From Patescibacteria group bacterium (lineage in GTDB: Bacteria; Patescibacteriota; Minisyncoccia; Moranbacterales; DUUL01): a stretch of DNA of 59,857 nt. Where the stretch lies: positions 1 through 59,857 of the forward strand of contig WGDO01000024.1 of assembly GCA_015493225.1 (NCBI GenBank). The letters run 5' to 3'. The notes under the pieces were generated by a model that ran no database searches, had not been told where the DNA came from, and saw only the letters and a program-made list of their open reading frames with translations. The position numbers were made by a program, and so were the translations under genes. This document shows positions 27,586-36,391 of this stretch, one piece after another (position 1 is the stretch's first letter; each line of letters begins with the position of its first letter).

Positions 27586-27593
27586 AATGTCTA

Positions 27594-27723
27594 CCCCCTG
27601 TGTAAAGGGGGTCAAAATCTGAGGGACGAAGATTTTGGGGGGTTTTTAAGAAACTGTTAAAAACTGGAAAACCCCCCAAAGTTTCTCACAAGTTCGAAAC
27701 TCTGACCCCCTTTACACAGGGGG
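27594..27723. mobile_element. 130-bp MITE-like copy (no ORF) of the CCCCCTGTGTAAAGGGGG-TIR family
   Basis: The ends ccccctgtgtaaagggggtca and tgaccccctttacacaggggg are exact reverse complements. An internal pair ggggggtttt / aaaacccccc is present. Near-identical to 32262-32391. Confidence 0.8.
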
Positions 27724-27749
27724 TGAATAACTAAAAATTAATTAATTAA

Positions 27750-28034
<285 letters not shown>

Positions 28035-28139
28035 CCCTACGAAACTACAAATCAAATACAAATCTACAAATTTACAAATGTAGGTTTGTATAAATATTTG
28101 CGGTTTCAATCATGATTTTAATTGATAATTTTTAAAAAT

Positions 28140-28631
28140 ATGGAATTATTAGGAAATTTAGGTATTAATACAAAATTATTTATAGCTCAGTTAATAAATT
28201 TTGCCATTTTGTTTTTTGTGTTGAAAAAGTTTGCTTATCAACCAATTCTAAAAGTATTGGATGAACGAAAAAATAAAATTGACAAAGGGTTAAAAGATGC
28301 GGAAAAGGCTGGAAAGAAGTTGGAGAAAATTACTGAAAAAGAGGAGAAAGTTTTAGATAAGGCTAATAAGAAAGCTACGGAAATTTTATTGGAGGCAGAA
28401 AATAAAATTGAAGAAAATAGGGCTAAGGCGGTGACTGAGACGGAAGAAGAAATCTCTGAATTGATGAAAAAAGCAGAGCAAAAAATTGCTGAGAAGAAAG
28501 AACAAATGTTGGCTGAGTTGAAAAAAGATGTGGCTGGGTTGGTTGTGATGGCAACGGAGAAGGTATTGGACGAGAAGGTTGATGGGGAGAAGGATAGGGA
28601 GTTGATTCAGAAAGTAACTAGCAAATTATAA
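28140..28631 (+). CDS. atpF: F0F1 ATP synthase subunit b
   Basis: N-terminal TM helix (LIAQLINFAILFFVLKKF), then a long charged helix. The ATG at 28140 is preferred over the TTG at 28122. Confidence 0.85.
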   Translation: MELLGNLGINTKLFIAQLINFAILFFVLKKFAYQPILKVLDERKNKIDKGLKDAEKAGKKLEKITEKEEKVLDKANKKATEILLEAENKIEENRAKAVTETEEEISELMKKAEQKIAEKKEQMLAELKKDVAGLVVMATEKVLDEKVDGEKDRELIQKVTSKL

Positions 28632-28641
28632 TATATTGGAT

Positions 28642-29040
28642 ATGAAGGTAGACAGTAAACAATACGCTCAGGCGTTATATGAGTTGACTAAGAATAAACC
28701 TGAAAATGAGGTGTTTGTTGTGATTAAAAAATATGTAACAAACCTTAGACAGCAAGGTTTATTAAATAAGAGAGAAGATATTATTGAGAAGTTTAAAGAA
28801 ATTTATAATAAGGAGAATAGTATTATTGAGGCTAAGATTTTTACAGGGAGAGAATTAAGTAAAGAGATTGTGGATAATATAAAAAATGTTTTGATGAAAA
28901 AATATAATGCCAAAAAAATTGAAACGAAAGTGAATGTTGATAAAAGTCTTAGAGGGGGAATAAAAATAATAGTTGGAGAAGATATTATAGATAACAGTGT
29001 TTTGGGACGATTGCAGAAATTGAAGCAGGCGATTAGGTAG
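28642..29040 (+). CDS. atpH: F0F1 ATP synthase subunit delta (short form)
   Basis: YAQALYEL N-terminus and LRGGIKIIVGEDIIDNSVLGRL C-terminus. Only about 132 aa. Confidence 0.8.
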   Translation: MKVDSKQYAQALYELTKNKPENEVFVVIKKYVTNLRQQGLLNKREDIIEKFKEIYNKENSIIEAKIFTGRELSKEIVDNIKNVLMKKYNAKKIETKVNVDKSLRGGIKIIVGEDIIDNSVLGRLQKLKQAIR

Positions 29041-29073
29041 GATTTAAGATTTATGATTTATGATGTATAAAAC

Positions 29074-29126
29074 TAGATTGTAGATTGTAGATGGTAGATG
29101 GTAGATGGTAGATGGGTAGATTGTGG
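29074..29126. repeat. Heptad tandem repeat (tagattg/tagatgg, about 7 units)
   Basis: tagattgtagattgtagatggtagatggtagatggtagatgggtagattgtgga. Confidence 0.85.
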
Positions 29127-29209
29127 ATTTTAAAGTTTAATCCAATTAAGTATTAGATATTAAACATTGAATTAAAATTTAAAATTTAAAATTTAAAATT
29201 TTCATAATT

Positions 29210-30700
29210 ATGAATAAAGATTACATTATTGAAGAACTAAAAAAACAAATCAAGGGTATTTCTGAGGAAGCCGAAGTACAAAAAGTTGGAGAAGTTCTTG
29301 AGGTAGGAGACGGAGTTGTTAAATTAACAGGACTGCCCGACTTAATGGCATCAGAAATGGTAACATTTCCAGATGGAACGGTAGGAGTAGCTTTAAACTT
29401 GGAAGAAGACCAGGTCGGTGTTATGATTCTGGGAGATTATAAGGGGATTAAGGAAGGTGATCAAGTAACAGCTACTGGAAAAATTTTATCAATTCCAGTT
29501 GGAGAGAAGATGATTGGAAGGGTGTTGAATCCATTGGGGCAGGCTATTGATGGTAAAGGTGAAGTGGAAACTAAAACAAATTATCCGATTGAAAGAGAAG
29601 CGGCTGGTGTAATTGACCGAAAGTCAGTTGACCAACCATTACAAACTGGTATTAAAGCCATTGACGCTTTAATTCCTGTGGGACGAGGGCAGAGAGAACT
29701 TATCATTGGTGATCGACAAACTGGTAAAACGGCTATTGCTATTGATACAATTATTAATCAGGCTGACCAGGATATGATTTGTGTTTATGTAGCCATTGGA
29801 CAAAAGGAATCAAAAATTGCTAGAATTGTAGCGGAGTTAGAAAAAAGAGGAGCAATGGAACATACTATTATTGTTACTGCTGGGGCTTCGGAGTCAGCTG
29901 CTTTTTCTTTTATTGCTCCTTATGCTGGAACTGCTATTGCGGAGTATTTTATGGATCAAGGAAAGGATGTTTTAATTGTGCATGATGATTTAAGTAAGCA
30001 TGCTTGGGCCTATAGACAAATCTCTTTGATTCTGCGTCGTCCACCAGGTCGAGAAGCTTACCCTGGAGATATTTTTTATTTACATTCTAGACTTTTGGAG
30101 AGAAGTTGTCGTAGAAATAAAGAGGCCGGAGGAGGTTCCATAACTGCATTGCCAATTATTGAAACTCAGGCCAGTGATGTATCTGCTTATATTCCAACTA
30201 ATGTTATTTCTATTACTGATGGGCAAATTTATTTGGAAACAGATTTGTTCTATAAAGGTATTCGTCCAGCGTTAAATGTTGGTTTGTCAGTTTCTCGAGT
30301 GGGTTCGGCGGCCCAAATTAAGGCCATGAAAAAAGTGGCTGGAACTCTAAGATTAGATTTGGCACAGTTTAGGGAGTTGGAGGCTTTTGCTCAATTTGGT
30401 TCTGATCTTGATGATGCTACTAAACAAAAAATTGAAAGAGGAAAAAGAACGGTAGAAATTTTAAAGCAAGGACAGTATGAACCAATTAGTGTTGAAAATC
30501 AGGTGGCTATTCTCTATGCTTTGACCAGGGGTTTTGTTGATGAGGTTTCCGTGGATGAAATTACTAAGTGGGAAGAAGAGTTCAGTAAATTTATGAATGT
30601 TTCCCATCGGGAAATTTTGGATGAAATCAAAGAAAAGGGAGAGATTAGCGAGAAATTAGAAGGGGAGTTGAAGAAGGCAATTTCAGAGTTTAAACTGTAG
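29210..30700 (+). CDS. atpA: F0F1 ATP synthase subunit alpha
   Basis: [16 protein letters not shown]-loop, and the region [25 protein letters not shown]. Confidence 0.98.
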   Translation: MNKDYIIEELKKQIKGISEEAEVQKVGEVLEVGDGVVKLTGLPDLMASEMVTFPDGTVGVALNLEEDQVGVMILGDYKGIKEGDQVTATGKILSIPVGEKMIGRVLNPLGQAIDGKGEVETKTNYPIEREAAGVIDRKSVDQPLQTGIKAIDALIPVGRGQRELIIGDRQTGKTAIAIDTIINQADQDMICVYVAIGQKESKIARIVAELEKRGAMEHTIIVTAGASESAAFSFIAPYAGTAIAEYFMDQGKDVLIVHDDLSKHAWAYRQISLILRRPPGREAYPGDIFYLHSRLLERSCRRNKEAGGGSITALPIIETQASDVSAYIPTNVISITDGQIYLETDLFYKGIRPALNVGLSVSRVGSAAQIKAMKKVAGTLRLDLAQFRELEAFAQFGSDLDDATKQKIERGKRTVEILKQGQYEPISVENQVAILYALTRGFVDEVSVDEITKWEEEFSKFMNVSHREILDEIKEKGEISEKLEGELKKAISEFKL

Positions 30701-30724
30701 GAGGCATAAATTTTAATTTGTCCA

Positions 30725-31252
30725 CCCCCTGTGTAAAGGGGATCAAAATCTGAGGGACGAAGATTTTGGGGGGTTTTTAAGAAAAAATCAATGTTAAAAT
30801 ATAACCCTGCCAATAAACAATTCTCCCAAAAATTACGAGCTAATCAAACAGATGCTGAAAAGATACTTTGGAATAAGATAAGGAAAAGACAAATTAAAGG
30901 ATATCTATTTACTAGGCAAAAACCGATTGGAAAGTATCTTGTAGATTTCTATTGTCATAAGTTAAAATTAGTAATTGAGGTAGATGGAGATTTACATTAT
31001 TTAACAGAAGATGACCTAGTTAAAGATATGCAAAGAGATCAATATTTGGAAAATTTAGGAATAATAGTTTACAGAGTCAATAATATAGACGTTTATAAAA
31101 ATTTAGAAGAAGTAATTCAGGGGATTTGGGATTCAGTAGTGAAATTAAAATCCTAAACTTAAAAACCCCCCAAATTTTCTCATTATTTTTATTTATCAAC
31201 TATGTTGACAAATAAAAATAATGAGAAAATTTGACCCCCTTTACACAGGGGG
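30725..31252 (+). mobile_element. 528-bp TIR-bounded cassette carrying a DUF559 endonuclease gene (putative autonomous member of the repeat family)
   Basis: The left end ccccctgtgtaaaggggatcaaaatctgagggacgaagattttggggggttttt and right end aaaaaccccccaaa...tttgaccccctttacacaggggg share termini and G6T5/A5C6 blocks with the 130-bp copies. Confidence 0.7.
30791..31156 (+). CDS. DUF559 (Vsr/restriction-endonuclease-like) domain protein
   Basis: LRANQTDAEKILWNKIRKRQIKGYLFTRQKPIGKYLVDFYCHKLKLVIEVDGDLH...RDQYLENLGIIVYRV matches the DUF559 pattern (E..LW..LR...FRRQ.PIG.YIVDF.C...KL.IE.DG..H...D..RD..L...G..V.R). Confidence 0.85.
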   Translation: MLKYNPANKQFSQKLRANQTDAEKILWNKIRKRQIKGYLFTRQKPIGKYLVDFYCHKLKLVIEVDGDLHYLTEDDLVKDMQRDQYLENLGIIVYRVNNIDVYKNLEEVIQGIWDSVVKLKS

Positions 31253-31277
31253 TGGCTAAACGGAATAAATTCAAATT

Positions 31278-32234
31278 ATGGCAAATCTAAAGGATATTCG
31301 GCGACGAATAAAATCAATAAATAATACGGCAAAAATAACTCGAGCGATGGAGATGGTTTCGGCTGCAAAAATGAAAAAGGCCATTGATAGTGTTTTGGCT
31401 ATTAGAGAATATGCGCATAGTGCTTGGAGTATTTTAGGAAATTTATCTCGAGCATTTGAGCGATATGACTATGGTTTATTGGAAATACGACCAGTGAAAA
31501 AAGTTTTAATGGTGGTGATAACTTCTAATCGTGGTTTATGTGGATCTTTTAATTCTCAGACAATTAAAAAAATTATGGCACAGGTTAATAATCCTGGTAG
31601 TTTAATTGTTAATAGAGTTGGCAAGAAAAAAATAAATCCAAAAATTGATTTGGAAAAAGTTGAGATTGATTTTATTACTATTGGTCGTAAAGGAGAAAAA
31701 TTGGTTCAACGGTTGGGTAAAAAAATTATAGCTACCTTTCCAGAATTAACTTATTTACCTGGTATTGAAAGTGTGCGTCCTGTTTCTAAAATTATTATAG
31801 ATGAATATTTAGAAAAGAAATATGATAAGGTTGTAATAGTATACACAGATTTTATTTCAGCAATGTCCCAGGAATCAAAAATTAGGCAATTATTACCGGT
31901 TTCTAAAATTGACTTGGAAAAACAGATTGCAGATATTGATAATTTAGCTGAAGAGTATGATTTAGAAAAACCAATTAAGGAATATAAAATTGAACCAAGT
32001 CCTAGAAAAGTATTAAAACATATTTTTCCGCGATTAATAGAAATGCAAATTTACCATGCTATCTTGGAATCAAATGCTTCCAAAGAATCGTCTCGAATGA
32101 TGGCCATGAGGAATGCCACGGATTCAGCTAAAGAAATTGCCGATGATTTAACATTGATGCATAATCAAATTAGACAGATGAAAATTACTCAGGAGATTTC
32201 AGAAATTTCAGCTGGACGAGCAGCATTAGAGTGA
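31278..32234 (+). CDS. atpG: F0F1 ATP synthase subunit gamma
   Basis: MANLKDIRRRIKSINNTAKITRAMEMVSAAKM N-terminus and ITQEISEISAG C-terminus. Ends with TGA. Confidence 0.95.
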   Translation: MANLKDIRRRIKSINNTAKITRAMEMVSAAKMKKAIDSVLAIREYAHSAWSILGNLSRAFERYDYGLLEIRPVKKVLMVVITSNRGLCGSFNSQTIKKIMAQVNNPGSLIVNRVGKKKINPKIDLEKVEIDFITIGRKGEKLVQRLGKKIIATFPELTYLPGIESVRPVSKIIIDEYLEKKYDKVVIVYTDFISAMSQESKIRQLLPVSKIDLEKQIADIDNLAEEYDLEKPIKEYKIEPSPRKVLKHIFPRLIEMQIYHAILESNASKESSRMMAMRNATDSAKEIADDLTLMHNQIRQMKITQEISEISAGRAALE

Positions 32235-32261
32235 TTAAGAATTTAGGAATTTGGAATTTAA

Positions 32262-32391
32262 CCCCCTGCGTAAAGGGGGTCAAAATCTGAGGGATGAAGA
32301 TTTTGGGGGGTTTTTAAGAAACTGTTAAAAACTGGAAAACCCCCCAAAGTTTCTTACAAGTTCGAAACTTTGACCCCCTTTACACAGGGGG
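32262..32391. mobile_element. 130-bp MITE-like copy (no ORF) of the CCCCCTGTGTAAAGGGGG-TIR family
   Basis: ccccctgcgtaaagggggtcaaaatctgagggatgaag...tttgaccccctttacacaggggg. Differs from 27594-27723 at only a few positions. Confidence 0.8.
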
Positions 32392-32394
32392 TGA

Positions 32395-33837
<1,443 letters not shown>

Positions 33838-33891
33838 AGTTTTTGGTTTTGTGTTAAGTGTTTTTAATCTTAAGAATAGCACTTCAGCTCA

Positions 33892-33933
33892 AATTTTAAA
33901 TTTTAAATTTTAAATTTTAATTCAATTTTAAAT
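33892..33933. repeat. 42-bp AT-rich word repeat identical to 18142-18183
   Basis: aattttaaattttaaattttaaattttaattcaattttaaat. Confidence 0.85.
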
Positions 33934-33957
33934 TTGTAATTTTAAATTTTGATTATT

Positions 33958-33993
33958 TTCTGTGTAAAGGGTGTTAAAATCTGAGGAACGAAT
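33958..33993. mobile_element. Degenerate orphan left end of the TIR family
   Basis: ttctgtgtaaagggtgttaaaatctgaggaacgaatt compared with ccctgtgtaaagggggtcaaaatctgagggacgaagatt. Confidence 0.45.
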
Positions 33994-34024
33994 TAAATAA
34001 AATAATCAATAAATAATTAAGATA

Positions 34025-34264
34025 ATGACAAAAAAAGTAACTTGTCGGACGGGGTTAAAAAAGAAACTGATTAATAAAGAAGTTTTTGAGAGGGAAATTG
34101 CTCTCTGTCAGGAAATGTCTGTAAAAGATGGTGGTTGTTGCTGGGGGAAGTGTGAGCAGTGCGGAGTGGTGCCGTTGTTGGTGAAGTTGTATGAAGGGAA
34201 ATTGGTTGATGATGAGAAAGGTCTTAAGAAGTTAAAAAAGAAGTTAGTTAGTTTTAATTTGTAA
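34025..34264 (+). CDS. Hypothetical small Cys-rich protein inserted between atpD and atpC
   Basis: 79 aa with the cluster GGCCWGKCEQCG plus two upstream Cys. No recognisable family. Confidence 0.45.
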   Translation: MTKKVTCRTGLKKKLINKEVFEREIALCQEMSVKDGGCCWGKCEQCGVVPLLVKLYEGKLVDDEKGLKKLKKKLVSFNL

Positions 34265-34305
34265 TTTGTAAATTTTAATTCTCATCCCTAGACAGGAGAT
34301 AAAAA
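34261..34305. repeat. 45-bp repeat with 3 mismatches to 59584-59628; contains the reverse complement of the tctcccgtttagggatga hairpin word
   Basis: gtaatttgtaaattttaattctcatccctagacaggagataaaaa. Confidence 0.7.
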
Positions 34306-34433
34306 TTTTCAATAACAAATGTTTAAATGTTTTAAGTAGGATGTTTGAACATAAGTGGTTATTTAAAATTGATGCATTTAAAATTTATTTATTAAATTAA
34401 AATTTATAAATTACAATTTAAAATTAAAAAGCT

Positions 34434-34856
34434 ATGTCTACAATAAAATTTAAAATAGTTACACCAGAAAAAGTAGTGATGGAGAAAAAAATTACTCAGG
34501 CAACGATACCAACGGTTGAGGGAGAAATTACTATCTTACCTAATCATCGGTCTTACATTGCTGGCTTAAAGGCTGGCGAAATTTTAGCTAAATGTAAAGA
34601 TTCCAAAAAACAGGACTGTGCAATGGCTGTTTCAGGAGGCTTTATTGAATTTGCTGATAATAAGCTGGTTGTTTTGGCTGATACAGCTGAACGAGCAGAG
34701 GATTTAGATTTGGCTCGAGCAGAGGAGGCTAGAAAAAAAGCTGAAGAATTGAAGAATCAAAAGATTACAGATGAAAATCAATATGCAATGGTCGTTGCAC
34801 AACTGGAAAAAGAAATGGCTCGAATTAAGGTGGCTAAAAAATGGCGTAAGTTATAA
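34434..34856 (+). CDS. atpC: F0F1 ATP synthase subunit epsilon
   Basis: IVTPEKVV...EGEITILPNH...GGFIEF, then a C-terminal helical hairpin. Confidence 0.9.
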   Translation: MSTIKFKIVTPEKVVMEKKITQATIPTVEGEITILPNHRSYIAGLKAGEILAKCKDSKKQDCAMAVSGGFIEFADNKLVVLADTAERAEDLDLARAEEARKKAEELKNQKITDENQYAMVVAQLEKEMARIKVAKKWRKL

Positions 34857-34872
34857 ATAGAGTTTTATTACT

Positions 34873-34909
34873 GAAAATCTTAACAGAATGTTTTTGTTAA
34901 GATTTTTTT
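34873..34909 (+). terminator. Rho-independent terminator of the atp operon
   Basis: aaaatcttaac-(11 nt)-gttaagatttt followed by tttt. Confidence 0.75.
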
Positions 34910-34936
34910 GTTAATTTAATAAAATTATAGTATAAT
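34907..34936 (+). promoter_or_regulatory. Candidate promoter upstream of murG
   Basis: TTGTTA (34907-34912), 18-bp spacer, TATAAT (34931-34936). Confidence 0.45.
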
Positions 34937-34985
34937 AGGTATATAAAGAACTCATTTAAAGTAAACTCGTATATTAAGCATCTTG

Positions 34986-35083
34986 TCGAGCTTTTCGGGC
35001 ATTATTTTTTACCTGATGTTCGGACTTCTCCTTATTCTTAAGGCGTCGAACATGCGTCCGAAAATAACGCCCGAAAAGCTCGA
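34986..35083 (+). repeat. 98-bp long hairpin element, family H copy 1 (candidate structured RNA or MITE)
   Basis: Outer stem tcgagcttttcgggcattatttt / aaaataacgcccgaaaagctcga. Conserved internal loop ttacctg versus gcgtccg. Inner stem atgttcg/cgaacat. Confidence 0.6.
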
Positions 35084-35149
35084 TGAATAAAGGCGTTTAG
35101 CGATTTATTTTAGATGATTTAAAAGAGTTAATCTATTAAAGATAAAATA

Positions 35150-36262
35150 ATGAAAATTGTTTTAACTGGTGGTGGTAGTGGCGGTCATCTTTTTCCTTTG
35201 GTGGCGGTGTCTAATTTTTTACGAGAAAAATATTCTGATGATAAAATAGACTTTGTATTTTATGGTCCCAGGGGAAAGATGGAGGAAAGTATAATGCAAA
35301 AAAATAATATTAAACAAAGGCATATTGCTAGTGGTAAGCTAAGACGTTATTTTTCTTGGCAGTATTTAATTGATGCAATTAAATTTCCATTTGGTCTTTT
35401 GCAGACAATGTTTTGGCTGTTAATTGATATGCCCGATGTTGTTTTTGCCAAGGGTGGTTATGCGTCGGTACCAGTAGTTTTGGTTGCCTGGGCTTATCGT
35501 GTTCCTGTTTTAATTCATGAATCAGATGCACAACCAGGTATGGCTAATCAATTTATAGCTAACTTTGCTAAAAAGGTGGCCATTTCTTTTGAAAGGGCTA
35601 AAATTCATTTGCCGGCTAGTAAAATTATTGTAACGGGAAACCCAGTGTCTGAACGAGTTTTAAATGGTGATGCAGAGGAGGCTCGGCGAATTTTGGGAAT
35701 GAAAAAGGATGTCAAGCCGGTTGTTTTGATACTAGGAGGATCTCAAGGAGCAAGATTTATTAACCGTCAGATTTTAAAAATGTTAAAACCATTGTTGTCT
35801 GAGTTTCAGGTTATACATCAAACTGGTCAGAATAATTACAAGGAAGTAGTTGCTGAGGCACAACGAAAAGGATTTAAAATTGGAGCCAGTGATTATTACC
35901 CAGTTGCTTTTATGGATGAAGAAATAAAACATTTTTTCGCTTTGGCGGATGTGATAATTTCTCGAGCTGGGTCTACTTTCATTTCAGAGATTGCTGCCAA
36001 TGCTAAGCCTGCTATTTTAGTGCCCATAACTCATAGCGCAAACAATCACCAACGTTTAAATGCTTTCGAAGTAGCTCGTTTGGGCGGGGCAATAGTTTTG
36101 GAGGAAAATAATTTTAAAACTAGTTTAATTATGCTTCGGTTGCGACAATTAACTCAAGACGGAGAAATTCGTGATCGCATTATTCAAGGTGTTAAACAAT
36201 TTTATAACCCTCAGGCTACCGAACTTATTGCTAATGAATTAATTAAACTAGTGGAAAACTAA
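35150..36262 (+). CDS. murG: UDP-N-acetylglucosamine--N-acetylmuramyl-(pentapeptide) pyrophosphoryl-undecaprenol GlcNAc transferase
   Basis: TGGGSGGHLFP N-terminus, GGSQGA, and a HQ..NA-type C-terminal motif (NNHQRLNAF). Confidence 0.92.
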   Translation: MKIVLTGGGSGGHLFPLVAVSNFLREKYSDDKIDFVFYGPRGKMEESIMQKNNIKQRHIASGKLRRYFSWQYLIDAIKFPFGLLQTMFWLLIDMPDVVFAKGGYASVPVVLVAWAYRVPVLIHESDAQPGMANQFIANFAKKVAISFERAKIHLPASKIIVTGNPVSERVLNGDAEEARRILGMKKDVKPVVLILGGSQGARFINRQILKMLKPLLSEFQVIHQTGQNNYKEVVAEAQRKGFKIGASDYYPVAFMDEEIKHFFALADVIISRAGSTFISEIAANAKPAILVPITHSANNHQRLNAFEVARLGGAIVLEENNFKTSLIMLRLRQLTQDGEIRDRIIQGVKQFYNPQATELIANELIKLVEN

Positions 36263-36278
36263 GTCGTTTGTTTTTAAA

Positions 36279-36322
36279 TAAAAATGTGCGTGTTTTTTAA
36301 TTAAAGTAACGCACATTTTTTT
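36279..36322. terminator. Bidirectional terminator between convergent murG and the 888-aa ORF
   Basis: aaaaatgtgcgt-(17 nt)-acgcacattttt, with A-run and T-run flanks. Confidence 0.8.
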
Positions 36323-36391
36323 TAAAAACGTTGGATAAATAATATTTATATAGAAAGAGACATAATGAGAAGCTTTTAATTATTTAATTCT

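Noticed and set aside
32232-32234. Alternative genetic code with UGA reassigned, as in some candidate phyla
   Set aside because: TGA ends atpG at the position expected from homology (...SAGRAALE*) and also ends the HD gene and scpA. No conserved gene here needs read-through of an in-frame TGA.
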